From Pelagomonas calceolata (taxonomy: Eukaryota), in assembly GCA_918797485.1 (NCBI GenBank), contig CAKKNE010000001.1, forward strand, positions 5,766,001-5,830,000: a DNA stretch of 64,000 nt, given 5' to 3'. The position numbers and the translations under genes were made by a program. Positions within the stretch are counted from its first letter, which is position 1. Every line of letters begins with the position of its first letter. Below are positions 23,046-33,901 of the stretch, in pieces. The notes below the pieces were generated by a model. That model had not been told where the DNA came from, made no database searches, and saw only the letters and a list, made by a program, of their open reading frames with translations.

Positions 23046-24569
23046 TCAGGGCGAGGCGGGTCGGTAGTAGTAGTCGCCCGGCGGCAGCGGCTTGTAGCCC
23101 TCGAGGTCGCCGCCGCCGCCCCCTGCCTTTGCCCGGCCGCCGCCCGTCCTCGCCGGCGCAGCGCGGCCGCCGCCCGCCGGCGTGTCGAGGAAGCCCAGAC
23201 CGCCGCCGATGCCGCCCGGCGCCTCGGCCTCCGGCGCCTCGCCGTAGCCCGCGTAGGGGTTCGGCGGCGGCACGGGGTCGTACGGCGGCTTCTGGAACTG
23301 CGCGGGATCCGCGCCCTCGGCCATCATGCGCTCCATGTCCTCGTACGATAACGCATTCCTCTTTTCGAGGGCTTTGGGATCCAAGATCAGATGCAGGGCG
23401 TCGGCGAAGTGGTCCGAGCATTGCATGACCTCCGCGGTTCGCTGCGCATTTTGTTGACTGAGAGCCAACAGATCCGTCGCCTCCTGCTGCAATTTGCGCA
23501 ATTCCTCTGCTCTTTCAGCAAGGGTAGATGATAAATTCTCCCGTTGCGATTCCAACAAAGCCTCGCGCATCTTCACCTTCGACAGGCCCGACAAAAACAC
23601 CACATTGTGCCAGTGGCGAAAGGACGTGTAGATCTTGATCTTCATCATGCGCGTCATGATCTTCTTCAGCAAGTTGTATTGTTGCGTGAACTCGTCGCTC
23701 TTGCGCTTCCAGACCTTGAAGCTGAGCATCGACATGTTGCCCGTGAGCTTGGACAGGATCTTGATCATCATGTCCTTCTGCGCGCCCGTCGCTCTGTTAA
23801 ACGCGGCAGACGCCGCCTGGTTCTGGCGCTCTTCGGCGTCGTCCTTGTACTTCTTCGCGAGCCGCTCGAGCTCCTCCAATTCCTTGACCAATTGATCTTT
23901 CAGCTCGAGCTTCTTGATCAGCTCCCACTGCTGCGTCACGTAGCGCCACATGCCGAAGCCCTTGTTGAGGAACGAGTGCATCATCCTTTTCAAGATCTTG
24001 ATCATGAGCAGCTTCTGGAGCTTCGCGCCGAAGGTCTGCTTGTACCAGTGGCCCCAGAACAGCCGCACTTTCAGCGTCGATAACCTTGTAAGAATCTTCC
24101 AGATGAGCTTCTTCTGGGAGTCGGTAGCCGCCCCGAACGCCAGCGCGGCCGCTTCGTCGGCGCGCCGCTGCGCCTCCGCTTCCAATTCTTCAGTTTTCTT
24201 CTTGCACTCCTTCAGTTGCTTCTTGAGCTCGCGAATCCGCTCCCCAGCCCTCTTCTGGGCATCCTTGATCGTCACCGTGTGCCAGTGGTTCCAGGCCACG
24301 AAGTAGTTCATGTTGCCGAGCCTCCCAATGATTTTAGTCATCACTTTGCGCTTGTGGTCGTCCCGCAACGCCGCGAGCTTGGCCTTGAGGCGGTCGCGCT
24401 CCATGGCGCTCTCCTCGGCGTCGCGACAAAGTTCCGCGATCCAGTGGTCGTAGGCGGAGCGCTGCTTGTTGAGGTGGCCCTCGACCATCGCGACCGTCTT
24501 GTTCCTCACGGAGACATGGCCGGGCTCCCGCGCGTGCTGCTTCGCCATGCCCTTGGGCATGAGCGACAT
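23046..24569 (-). CDS. Coiled-coil protein with Sfi1-like (KIL..L....F..W) repeats
   Basis: 507-aa ORF with three internal repeat blocks containing F/W..W motifs. Confidence 0.7.
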   Translation of the reverse strand: MSLMPKGMAKQHAREPGHVSVRNKTVAMVEGHLNKQRSAYDHWIAELCRDAEESAMERDRLKAKLAALRDDHKRKVMTKIIGRLGNMNYFVAWNHWHTVTIKDAQKRAGERIRELKKQLKECKKKTEELEAEAQRRADEAAALAFGAATDSQKKLIWKILTRLSTLKVRLFWGHWYKQTFGAKLQKLLMIKILKRMMHSFLNKGFGMWRYVTQQWELIKKLELKDQLVKELEELERLAKKYKDDAEERQNQAASAAFNRATGAQKDMMIKILSKLTGNMSMLSFKVWKRKSDEFTQQYNLLKKIMTRMMKIKIYTSFRHWHNVVFLSGLSKVKMREALLESQRENLSSTLAERAEELRKLQQEATDLLALSQQNAQRTAEVMQCSDHFADALHLILDPKALEKRNALSYEDMERMMAEGADPAQFQKPPYDPVPPPNPYAGYGEAPEAEAPGGIGGGLGFLDTPAGGGRAAPARTGGGRAKAGGGGGDLEGYKPLPPGDYYYRPASP

Positions 24570-25358
24570 CTTGGCGTTGCTCGGGCGCGCCCTCGGGCGT
24601 CTTTACTGTGGCGGCGCCCTGGCCCTCCCCGGGCTGTTTCTCCTTGGGGCGCCGCCGGGGCTGCCTCTTTTTGCCGTATGTGCGGCCGCTGAACGACGGC
24701 GTCACGTAGCGCCGTGAATTGGCCCGGCCGGGCAGCTCCTCGATGCGATGGGGGCCGCGCTTTGCCGCCTCCTCTCTGCAGCGTTAGTTTTTCTAGCACG
24801 GACCCCTCTAGGGTTCATGTGCGCCTTTACGGCCCCGGCGCGGTCGCGGGGGCCGCGGAGAGGTCGCCGGACGGCCTCGGGCGGGTAGTTCTCGCGCGGG
24901 GGCGCCTCGGGCGGAAATAGGTGGGGTGGGGCTGCCCCTGAGGCTGCCCCGTGACCGACTTGCGCTGTGCGTCGGCGTCGTCCGCCGCCCGACTGCTCTC
25001 GGCCCAGAGAGGCGGCCCGCCTCGGCCTCGACTGGCGCCACGGTGCGCGCCTCTCGTAGCACGGCGCGAGCGCGCACGCGAGCTGGAGCACGCGGCCGGC
25101 CAGGACCGCTCGCGGCGGCGACCATCCAGGCGCCGCGGGCTAGAGGCATCCGCCGTCGCGCGTAAAACCCGATTTGTTTCGCAGCCGCCGCGCCGCTGCT
25201 CCAAAAAAGGAGCTAGAGCTGCCATAGAGACGTGGCAGGCAGTTGTTAGACACATTCTGTCACATATTTAGCAGACAAGCGTTTGAGCTAGCAAGCGCGG
25301 CACGCAGCGGCCGAAGCCAAGCCGCCGCTCTCTCTGAGCATAAACAGGGCAAAAAACA

Positions 25359-26954
25359 ATGGACAACCTTCAGTCCGTCGAGTGCGAGGGCGCCCTCCAA
25401 GCTGCGCTGAGCCCGGACGGCTCTTTAATATGCTTGGCCCGCGTCGGCGCGAACGGCGCCGCCGTCGTAAAGACGAGCTCGGCGTTTGTCGCGGAGATCG
25501 AGGGCACAGCGGCGCACAGCGTAGCGGCGGCGAGCTGGAGCCACGACGGGCTGAGGGTGGCCTGCGGCGGCGCGGCGCCCGCGCCGCCGCCCGGCACCGC
25601 GCCGCCGGCGCCCCGCTTGGGTTTCGTGACGTGCTCGACGGCTCTTACAGGTGCGAGAAGCTTCGCCACCCAGCGGCCGGCGCCGGTTTTATCATTAGAA
25701 TTCTCACCGGACGACACCAAACTAGCTCTGGCGAGAACGGACGGCTTTGTGGAAGTGGTGGACGGCACGACGGGTGATATCCTCCAACGATTGAGGTTGA
25801 GAGGTTTTGAGGAGCTGTACGACCATAGAGCTCCTTTCGCAGGGTGTACACCAGACAGACCCATACCACCGAGACCACCGACAACCCCGACGCCCTGTGT
25901 CGGTGTGGTCTGGACCCCACAATCCTCAAAACTCGTCGTAGCACGGGCGTCGGAAGCCACTATTTGTGATTTGAACATGGCGCCCTGCGCGCCCTTCGGC
26001 AACCCGGAGGCCTCGCTCCAGGAGCGTCAGATGGAAGACGAAGCCGCGGACGACGCGCAGACCGTCACGAGGTCCTTGAAATTATCGTGCGGGAGCTCGG
26101 CGCGGTCCGTGGCGACGACCACCACCGTTGGTGCTACTAATCAACATTTCGTGGCGGTCTGCGGCGGGTCTAGGGTCGTGTTAGCTCAACTGAATGAGTT
26201 GGCGATCGAAGTCAATGGTGATATCGTATTAGATCGCGCGTTAACGGATGGCAGTAAACCGTGGGTGTCGGCGTGCGCCGTGGCCTTCTGCAGCGGCATT
26301 AGATTAGTTGTTGGTGGTGAGTTAGCAGAAGCCCAGGGCGCCGTCGCGATCTTCGACTGTTCCAATGGCAATCCCCTCTCCACGCATAGGGCGAGAGCGC
26401 CCGTCTTATCACTCAGTGTTAGTGCAGATGGCAAGACCATGGCGGTGGGGGAGAAGAAGACCGCGCCACCGCCGCAACCGACCGTCGCAGACGCCCCGGC
26501 GCCGGCCCCGAAAGACCCAAAAATGTTCCAGTTTGGTAGTCAAGAGAATCTCCAGGCGCCGGCGGCGCCCGTGCCCGTCGAGGACGAGGGCCCGAATCTC
26601 CTGAAGCTCGTCTTAGACCAGCACGCCCAAAAACTAAAAAAGATTCTCGAGGATGAATTTTCTTCAATTGCTGCCGCGGCGGCGATCGCTCCGGCGCCCG
26701 CGCCGGACGCGATGGACACTTCTAGTGATCAGCCGTCACAACCGGCCGCTCAACAGGCCCTGGACCGGGCCAAGACGAAAATCGCGGAGACGTGCGAGCG
26801 CCACCAGGAGATGGTGCTGCAGTTGTTCCATGCCGAGCGCATGGTCCTCGAGTGGCGCGCGCACGGCTTCATGCAGGCGGGCGCCGAGGGCGAGGAGGAC
26901 GCGGCCGCCCCGGCGGCGGCCCCGCCGCCGGCGCCGGCGCCGGCGCAGCAGTAG
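25359..26954 (+). CDS. WD40-like beta-propeller protein
   Basis: LSPDGS, SWSHDG, VLSLEFSPDDTKLA, VLSLSVSADGKTMAVG. Confidence 0.7.
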   Translation: MDNLQSVECEGALQAALSPDGSLICLARVGANGAAVVKTSSAFVAEIEGTAAHSVAAASWSHDGLRVACGGAAPAPPPGTAPPAPRLGFVTCSTALTGARSFATQRPAPVLSLEFSPDDTKLALARTDGFVEVVDGTTGDILQRLRLRGFEELYDHRAPFAGCTPDRPIPPRPPTTPTPCVGVVWTPQSSKLVVARASEATICDLNMAPCAPFGNPEASLQERQMEDEAADDAQTVTRSLKLSCGSSARSVATTTTVGATNQHFVAVCGGSRVVLAQLNELAIEVNGDIVLDRALTDGSKPWVSACAVAFCSGIRLVVGGELAEAQGAVAIFDCSNGNPLSTHRARAPVLSLSVSADGKTMAVGEKKTAPPPQPTVADAPAPAPKDPKMFQFGSQENLQAPAAPVPVEDEGPNLLKLVLDQHAQKLKKILEDEFSSIAAAAAIAPAPAPDAMDTSSDQPSQPAAQQALDRAKTKIAETCERHQEMVLQLFHAERMVLEWRAHGFMQAGAEGEEDAAAPAAAPPPAPAPAQQ

Positions 26955-27077
26955 AGTCTATTAAGAGCAGTTACTAGGAGTCGCGGACGAGGCCTAGGAT
27001 CGAGATCAGCCACGCCGTCGCCCCGTAGCAGTCACCACGGCGACAGTGACGCGCCACGGACGTCGGGGACTAGGTCA

Positions 27078-30000
27078 CTACGGTTCCCACGCGAAGATCG
27101 GCTCGCCGAAGGGACCCTTTTCCACAGTTGCTTCTTGCGCAGACGCGTTGCCGTAGACCTGACCTGCGGGACGCGAAGTGTGTGCGGGTGGCCGCCGTCG
27201 GCATGTGAATGGGCGTCGCGGCGACGGCGTGCCGCGAAGGCCAATAAAAAGGGGACGCCGGCAAAAACGGGGGCCCTTCACCGTCCCGCAGTGCCTTTCA
27301 TAGAGCTCCAGATCCTTTGAATACCATCGCCGCGCGAAGGCGTCCAGGGCCGCGCCGTGTGAACTAGGCCGCCCGCCATACAACTCAGAGTGGTTCGAGG
27401 GGTTGCGCTTCGGTAACGCACAAGTCGTATCGTTGCAGAACGGCGCAATCAACGCCGAGAAGCTCGTCGTCAATTCCGGAAAGCAGAGGAAGTTGATGTC
27501 GTCCTCGTGACCGTCCACCCACCACTCGAGAGGCCGGAAGACGCAGTGCGTCTTTTTATCCGGAGAAGCCTGAAAGTACTCGCAGTGTTGATCCAATCCA
27601 TCAACATCCGCCAAGATGGTAGAGAGGTTCTTGCCCATCAACCACCCATGACACGTGTTGCCCAACAAACGTTCGCCGCGCCACTCGCCGCCCTGCTGCT
27701 TGAAGGCTAGAGCTGAGACCAGACGTTCGCGCGGGTCCCTTAGTACCACATAACAAGGTTTCGATAGCCCGTCGCAGCGGTCGTCGTGGCCCAACACGAA
27801 CACTTTGTCCGTCTTCGTCGTCGCGTCTTGAATAGCTCTACCGGCCGTCTTGCCCGGGTGCATGAAAAATATTCGAGCCATACTCTTGACTTTTTTCCGA
27901 TCACAGTTGCGCTGGGCGCACATGAGTTCCAGCGACTTCTTTAACTGGAGATCGGTCACTTCCAGACCCGCCCTCAAAGCATGGGCGTGCAACGTATCCA
28001 AGACGTCCGCCGGTTCCTCCCAGGGTCGACAGGTCGCTTCTCCCACACCTGTTACTTCCACCCCCACCGTCTTGGGGAGGGTCACGCACCAGCCCGGTCT
28101 CGCGGAGCAGACTTTGAACGAAAGTTGTTTGAGCTCCTCCTGTGAGAGAGGCTCGCGCTTATCACTGAACCGCTGGGCGAACTCCCTTAGCTTACCCCGG
28201 GGCTCGTCCCAGGGCTTGACCTCCAGCACGTCGCCCTTATGTGTGATGGAGACGGCCGGCGCGACCGGCCTTATACACTCCCTCCTCTTACAGAACCAGC
28301 GCATCATGCGCGTCATCGACGCTTCTGCCGTCGTTTCATTCGCTTTAAAGCCGACACGATACGACCCGCGGAACATCTTCTCGACGCAGTCCGCCGGGTC
28401 CGACAGCGGCCCGCACGCGGCCGCGCCGACCGTGCCGTTGTCGTGGTCCCAGATGTCTAACGACAGCCTAGTATGCAATCTTTGCCCACATGTCGACGTC
28501 TCGCAGAAGTGCCTTCTTACCTCCATACCGGCCGCCAGGGCCGAGTCGACCGGTACGCCTTCTTTGATCAGTCGATCCTTCAGCAATTCGGCGCACCACT
28601 CCGGCGGCGACCAGAACTCGCACGTGGCTGTGGCTTCGAGGTCCTTCTCTCCCGTACTTACAAGTACTACAGCTTTTCTATCTTCTCGTAGCGTCTGCCT
28701 GGCACATCGCCGTCGTTTGCAGAACCAGCTCAGCATCTCCACACAGCTCTCCCGTTTGATGTCCTGGCCCTTTGCCGCTGCTGCTCGGGCGAACTGCTCG
28801 ATGGCGTCGGCGGGCTCCATCCACGGCTCTACGGTCAATGATCCTAACGGGTCCGCGCTCACCGTTAGATTAGTGGGTAAATCATATCTCGGGGCGGTGC
28901 CGTAGTGGCCGCAGGGCCTGAGCTTGCAGAGTGACGCATGCGTATCTTCGACGAAGCTGCGCGACACGGGCAGCCCCTGCTTGACTAAAGCCTGGGCTAC
29001 GCGCGACACGAAGCGCGCGGGCCCTTCGATGCCCGACACACCCCACACAGTAGCATTGCCCGGTTGGTTCGGCGGGATGATTCCTTCCTGGAAGCCCGCA
29101 ATCATTGCAGTACCGGATAGAGGTCTGCCAGACGGCCTTTGACCAGCGACCATGGTATATGACTCGTTCAAGGCATTCTCGTCGAAAGTTACATGCCCGG
29201 CGCTCGTCGCCGTCGCCGCGAAGCGTTCTATACTATCCGCAATATGCAATTCGTCGTCGGGAACGACCGCGTGGCCTATTTTTTTTACGACGACGACCGT
29301 CGCCCGCAAGTCATCGTTCGCTTTATCCAGGACTTCGCTGCCGTCATAGACCGGCAGCAGGTGGCCTCCCGCTGCATAGACGTAGTCATCAAGATAAGTA
29401 CTCTGTGTTTCGTTCTCCAACAGTAGCAGATATAAATACTTGAGGGTCTCGAAAACGTGAGGCGGCTGCTCGTCCCTCTTGTTGCCTATCTCAACATCGT
29501 CAATGGTCGCGAAGGCGCCTCCCTGTATACGTGATGAGGCGTTCAGTTTCCGGAATAGATCATATCCTAGTGAAGCGTAGTACGGGTCTTGGGTAGCGCG
29601 CCGCATGAAGAACAACGACGACGCCGTTTCTGGCCGTAAATCCCCCACGCGGCCCGTCGCCTGATCTAATGAAGGAGCGAGGCCCGTTTTTGTTTGCAAG
29701 GCTCTTTGTACACAAGTCGTCACCAAATCGCGCGCGATAGTTTTGACAGAATCAGGGTCGTGGACCGCCTGGGGCATGTAGCCCCAGTTAGTTCGTGCCA
29801 GAAACCCGGGCAACGCACAGGCCCGCTGGTGGAAGACGGGAGGCCCCCGCTCGCCTTGTAACATGTCTGCGGCTACCGTGCCGTTCTCGTCACTGACCAC
29901 GAAGGTTAACGACGCCACGGCCGCGCGAGCCGCAAGCCTTGACGCCTTGCGCGCTAATTCATCATTCGACTGGCGCCCGCGCGCGACTAAGGCAGCGTAG

Positions 30001-30743
30001 AGCTCCGCGCCGCCCTCACCAGCAGAACAGCGTCCTGTATTTGAATCCTCGAAGGCGCCCGCTTCGATGGACGCCCGAGCCGGTGCCAGCGAGCCTTGGA
30101 AGGTCCAGCCCTTCATGTCAAAGAGTGCTTGTAATTGTCGATCGGAGGCCTCCGCGAAGCGTTTTTTCGACGTCGCCTTGGCGAGGGCTTTCAACTCGAC
30201 CAATCCAGCCGTCAACGATTCGGAGTTTTGGACATTTACCGTCGGTTTACTGACGACGCCCTCCCTTAGGTCAAAAATATGAGCGTAGGGCGGGCCCGTC
30301 GGCGACGCGCCATACGCCGGCAGCAACCGGTCTCCTAGTTTCTTGGCGGCCCCGAGGAAGCGCGCGTCGTCGGACAGAACATAGATGGCCAGGAGGCCTC
30401 CCAGTATTTTTGTGGCGTCCCTCGTGGAGGTGGCCACGTGCGCGTCCCCCGCAGAAAACTCGTCCGCCGCCCAGGCGCCGCACTGCCGCACGACGCCATC
30501 GAAGCCCATGAGCCACAACCCGTCGGCCGCTGCCGCGATCGTCTGGCCGAGCGGGCCGGCCGCCGCGGCGTCCACCGACTGCCGCGCGACCGGTCGTAAC
30601 CAGTCGCTGCCCCAGGCGTCGCGCGCATACGTCGCGAACGCATACAAGTAGGCCTCGCGCACCGCTGCGGCCGATGGGCTCTTCGGGAGGGGGGGCTGCC
30701 GCACGGCTGCCGCTGTGGCCCACAGCAGTACGAGCCTACGCAT
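27078..30743 (-). CDS. Secreted GH47 mannosidase-like + Cys repeats + sulfotransferase-like protein; probable intron 27159-27281
   Basis: Signal peptide; Y..DAWGSDWLRP, ILGGLLAIY, LGDRLLPAY.SPTGPP, LRPE, ETLKYLYLL (GH47); FMHPGKTAG and VVLRDPRERLVSA (PAPS-binding motifs). Confidence 0.75.
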   Translation of the reverse strand: MRRLVLLWATAAAVRQPPLPKSPSAAAVREAYLYAFATYARDAWGSDWLRPVARQSVDAAAAGPLGQTIAAAADGLWLMGFDGVVRQCGAWAADEFSAGDAHVATSTRDATKILGGLLAIYVLSDDARFLGAAKKLGDRLLPAYGASPTGPPYAHIFDLREGVVSKPTVNVQNSESLTAGLVELKALAKATSKKRFAEASDRQLQALFDMKGWTFQGSLAPARASIEAGAFEDSNTGRCSAGEGGAELYAALVARGRQSNDELARKASRLAARAAVASLTFVVSDENGTVAADMLQGERGPPVFHQRACALPGFLARTNWGYMPQAVHDPDSVKTIARDLVTTCVQRALQTKTGLAPSLDQATGRVGDLRPETASSLFFMRRATQDPYYASLGYDLFRKLNASSRIQGGAFATIDDVEIGNKRDEQPPHVFETLKYLYLLLLENETQSTYLDDYVYAAGGHLLPVYDGSEVLDKANDDLRATVVVVKKIGHAVVPDDELHIADSIERFAATATSAGHVTFDENALNESYTMVAGQRPSGRPLSGTAMIAGFQEGIIPPNQPGNATVWGVSGIEGPARFVSRVAQALVKQGLPVSRSFVEDTHASLCKLRPCGHYGTAPRYDLPTNLTVSADPLGSLTVEPWMEPADAIEQFARAAAAKGQDIKRESCVEMLSWFCKRRRCARQTLREDRKAVVLVSTGEKDLEATATCEFWSPPEWCAELLKDRLIKEGVPVDSALAAGMEVRRHFCETSTCGQRLHTRLSLDIWDHDNGTVGAAACGPLSDPADCVEKMFRGSYRVGFKANETTAEASMTRMMRWFCKRRECIRPVAPAVSITHKGDVLEVKPWDEPRGKLREFAQRFSDKREPLSQEELKQLSFKVCSARPGWCVTLPKTVGVEVTGVGEATCRPWEEPADVLDTLHAHALRAGLEVTDLQLKKSLELMCAQRNCDRKKVKSMARIFFMHPGKTAGRAIQDATTKTDKVFVLGHDDRCDGLSKPCYVVLRDPRERLVSALAFKQQGGEWRGERLLGNTCHGWLMGKNLSTILADVDGLDQHCEYFQASPDKKTHCVFRPLEWWVDGHEDDINFLCFPELTTSFSALIAPFCNDTTCALPKRNPSNHSELYGGRPSSHGAALDAFARRWYSKDLELYERHCGTVKGPRFCRRPLFIGLRGTPSPRRPFTCRRRPPAHTSRPAGQVYGNASAQEATVEKGPFGEPIFAWEP

Positions 30744-30930
30744 CCTTAGTCCATCGCAGGGCTGCCTCTATTGATGTGTCTCATCGTGCGGCGCAATCGA
30801 CCGCCAGGTTTAGCATCGATGCGGGCAGCTTCTCCGCGCCTCCGTCTCGATGAGCCTCGATCGATTGATGGCTGCGTGCGGGTTCCTTGCTAGGTGTTGC
30901 TTCAGCAAGCTGATACGCCGTGAAATTTAC

Positions 30931-31644
30931 TTATTGTGCTTTTATATACTCGTCTAGGTCTAATACATGCGAGTGGGGCGAACGGCGCTGCCACTCCGGG
31001 CACGGTACAGAATGCATCACAAACCGTAACCCTTCCATCTGGCTGAAGGAAAACCTCCGCTTCATAGCAAGTTTCAGGATCCCGGAGCGTCCCCCGTCCA
31101 TTTGACGACACTTGCACTCTACGATGACGTCGAACACGGCCACTAACACCGTGCCATTATGAACTGGAATCTTCGTCTTCACCACCCGCGGAATGCGGAT
31201 CTGATTGTTGTCGTAATCGTTCCGCGTGATTCGCTGGGTGAGGCCCAGGTCCTGCTGCGAAGGCAGGTCGTCGTCCGTGACCCGCCGTGCGCGCTTTCGT
31301 GGCCGCGCTTCCGCCGCCGGCGCTTCGACGGGCGGCGGGGGCGGGGGCGGGGGCGGTACCGGCTCCTCTCGCGCCGCCGGCTCGGCTTCGGCTTCGGCCG
31401 GCTCTTCCGCCGCGCCTCCGGCGTCCGGCGCTTGCGGAGGATTACGGATGGCCTCGCGGATCTGACGCAAAACAGCGGGGTCGGCGCCCGCCGCGAGTGC
31501 CACCCGCTCCATCTGGTCGAGGGCAGTCTGGTGTCTGTCCAACGACACGTTCAATTGTTGTTGGAGTGTATGGTGCTCCTCGGACTCTTCGCGATGCAAC
31601 TCCAGCGCCGTCCGCATGGCATCGGCCGCTGTTTGGGCAGCCAT
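30931..31644 (-). CDS. Hypothetical protein with NLS and possible B3/EcoRII-N-like C-terminal domain
   Basis: RPRKRARR; TQRITRNDYDNNQIRIP...RSGILKL. Confidence 0.55.
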   Translation of the reverse strand: MAAQTAADAMRTALELHREESEEHHTLQQQLNVSLDRHQTALDQMERVALAAGADPAVLRQIREAIRNPPQAPDAGGAAEEPAEAEAEPAAREEPVPPPPPPPPPVEAPAAEARPRKRARRVTDDDLPSQQDLGLTQRITRNDYDNNQIRIPRVVKTKIPVHNGTVLVAVFDVIVECKCRQMDGGRSGILKLAMKRRFSFSQMEGLRFVMHSVPCPEWQRRSPHSHVLDLDEYIKAQ

Positions 31645-31699
31645 GTTCGATCCGTGATATGCCAGAAGCCTAATGGGCAGCCGTTTTGACCCCGCATTA

Positions 31700-31723
31700 G
31701 CTAGCGGCATGTAACACACTAGG
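31700..31723 (-). promoter_or_regulatory. Conserved intergenic quasi-palindrome, copy 7 (plus: gctagcggcatgtaacacactagg)
   Basis: Matches copy 5 over 23 nt; lies within a 169-bp divergent spacer. Confidence 0.7.
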
Positions 31724-31813
31724 TAGCCTTCGGCACGAGCACCTGAAACAGCTCACGAGATCAACGCTGAGCGACAAATACATTGCGCAAGATTACTGCG
31801 CTGACAAGTAAAC

Positions 31814-32779
31814 ATGCTCAGACACGCGACTGGTGCGCTGCGCCGCGTCGCCGCGCGGCGCCAGGCCAGCACGCTGATTCTAGCCGACCACGACGGCGCG
31901 AATATGACGCCGTCGACGCTCGCCGCGTTGACTGCGGCGAGCAAGCTCAACGAGACGAGCGCCGTCCTCGTCGCCGGCGCGCCAAGTACGGTCGCCGAGC
32001 AGGCCGCCAAGGCCCAGGGCGTCGAGGCCGTCTTCCACGTCGACGCCCCACCGTCGGCCAAGGGCATCGCCAGTTTTGTGGAGAAAGGCGGCTACTCGCA
32101 CGTCTTCGCGCCCGTGTCCAACAACACCAAAGACTTCGTGCCGCGCATCGCGGCGGCGCTCGGCGTCTCGCCGGTCACGGACATCTGCGAAGTTTTGAAT
32201 GAGGACACGTTCGTGCGACCGTTTTATGCGGGCAACGCGTTAGCTACGGTCAAGACGACGCAATCTGTGACAGTAGCCACGGTCCGCGCGACGGCCTTCG
32301 AGAAGGTTAGCGAAGAGGGCGGCGCCGCCGGTGTCGAAGCGGCATCCATCGACGCGGCCGTCGCGCCGGAACTCCCGGAGAAGATCTCCGAGAGCAGTGG
32401 CGATAGCGAAAGGCCGGACCTCACGGCCGCGAGAGTCGTGGTGAGCGGAGGGAGGGGCATGGGCAGCGGAGAGAACTTCGCCATGCTCGAGCAGCTCGCC
32501 GACAAGTTAGGAGGCGCGGTAGGGGCGTCTCGGGCCGCAGTGGACGCGGGGATGGTGCCCAACGAGCTCCAGGTCGGCCAGACCGGGAAAGTGGTCGCGC
32601 CCGAATTATATATTGCCGTGGGCATTAGTGGCGCGATCCAGCATTTGTCAGGTATGAAAGATTCCAAGACGATCGTGGCCATCAACAAGGACGCCGAGGC
32701 GCCCATCTTCCAGGTCGCGGACTACGGGCTGGTCGCCGATTTATTTGAGGCCGTGCCCGAGCTCGACGCGAAGCTCTGA
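31814..32779 (+). CDS. ETFA: Electron transfer flavoprotein alpha subunit, mitochondrial
   Basis: [65 protein letters not shown]; mitochondrial presequence. Confidence 0.97.
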   Translation: MLRHATGALRRVAARRQASTLILADHDGANMTPSTLAALTAASKLNETSAVLVAGAPSTVAEQAAKAQGVEAVFHVDAPPSAKGIASFVEKGGYSHVFAPVSNNTKDFVPRIAAALGVSPVTDICEVLNEDTFVRPFYAGNALATVKTTQSVTVATVRATAFEKVSEEGGAAGVEAASIDAAVAPELPEKISESSGDSERPDLTAARVVVSGGRGMGSGENFAMLEQLADKLGGAVGASRAAVDAGMVPNELQVGQTGKVVAPELYIAVGISGAIQHLSGMKDSKTIVAINKDAEAPIFQVADYGLVADLFEAVPELDAKL

Positions 32780-32823
32780 TTGACTAATATTTGTTCAGTT
32801 CACGTCGTCATTAAACAGGGGAG

Positions 32824-33813
32824 TCAGTTGGAGTCGCCGAGGGCCTTCTTGGCCGACGGCGTCTTGCCCTTTTTCCAGGCGTTCGCGCGCGCTTTTTCAA
32901 CCTCGCGATCAGCAAGAAGATTGAAGCCCGCGACACAAAGGTCCGCCAGGTCCTCCGAGGGGCAGTGGACCAGCGTCGCGTCGCCGTCGTGCTGCACGAT
33001 GAAGCTCCGCGCCGAGAGCTCGCCGAGCTCCGCCGGCAGCGGCCGCGCGACGCAGCGCATCTCCGCGACGAGGAACGCCGTATCCCGCTCAGCGACGGTC
33101 CAGGCGCAGCGCGCGCGCCCGCGCGTGTCCGTGCCGAGCGAGAGCAGCGCGTGTTCCACCGTCGCGCGGCTCCCGTTGGCCTTGCGCCACTCGTCCGACG
33201 GCCGCACGTCCACGTCCAAGCCGCCGCGCAACAACGCCTCGAACTCGCGCAGGAACTCGTTCTCGCTCTCGGCGACGGCGCGCTGGCGCTCCGTCGCCTC
33301 TTGTCCCGACTTGGCGTCGCGGCCGGCCTGCGCCGCGGCGGCGTCGTGCACGGCCGCGGTCGTCGGGCCGCCGTCCCAGAGCTTCTTCCGCTGGGGTGCG
33401 GGCGGCGACGTCGTGCAGGGCCGCGGCCGCGCGCGCGGCTTGGTGTCCTCCACGGGCAGCGGGTACGCGAGCTCCGAGTCTTGTGCCTTGGCCGCGCCGC
33501 GGCGGCGGCGGCGGCGCAGGAACAGGACGTGCGCGAGGACGATCGGAAGAATCAGCAGTTCGCAGTGGGAGTCGCGCGCGTAGGCTGCCAGCGACTTGGT
33601 GTTGTTCGTGACCGGCGGCTTGCGCGGCGCTCTGTTCGTGGCCGGCGCGCGCGGCGCTTGCGGCGCTCGTGGCGCTGTTTTCGTGGCCGGCGGCGAGCGC
33701 GGCGCTCTGTTCGTGGCCGGCGTGCGCGCTCGCGGCGCTGCTTTCGGCTGCCCGGGTGCGGAGTTTCGGGCCCGTTCGCACCCGTGCGGGACAGGCGCAG
33801 CGCACAGCGGCAT
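32824..33813 (-). CDS. Hypothetical single-TM protein with APATNRAPR repeats and PH-like C-terminus
   Basis: 329-aa ORF; hydrophobic LLILPIVLAHVLFL; C-terminal SFIVQ...C.SEDLADLCVAGFNLL. Confidence 0.5.
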   Translation of the reverse strand: MPLCAAPVPHGCERARNSAPGQPKAAPRARTPATNRAPRSPPATKTAPRAPQAPRAPATNRAPRKPPVTNNTKSLAAYARDSHCELLILPIVLAHVLFLRRRRRRGAAKAQDSELAYPLPVEDTKPRARPRPCTTSPPAPQRKKLWDGGPTTAAVHDAAAAQAGRDAKSGQEATERQRAVAESENEFLREFEALLRGGLDVDVRPSDEWRKANGSRATVEHALLSLGTDTRGRARCAWTVAERDTAFLVAEMRCVARPLPAELGELSARSFIVQHDGDATLVHCPSEDLADLCVAGFNLLADREVEKARANAWKKGKTPSAKKALGDSN

Positions 33814-33901
33814 GGTTATTAAGTATACGCTTGCTGCCTGTGATTGGCTGCGATTTGACCTAGATTAGGCCGCGAAAAGCCAATGCGCGGCAATATAAAT
33901 T

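Noticed and set aside
32780..33868. Many long overlapping or antisense ORFs here and throughout the ORF track
   Set aside because: Arg/Ala/Pro-rich shadow frames caused by high GC; no domain signal.
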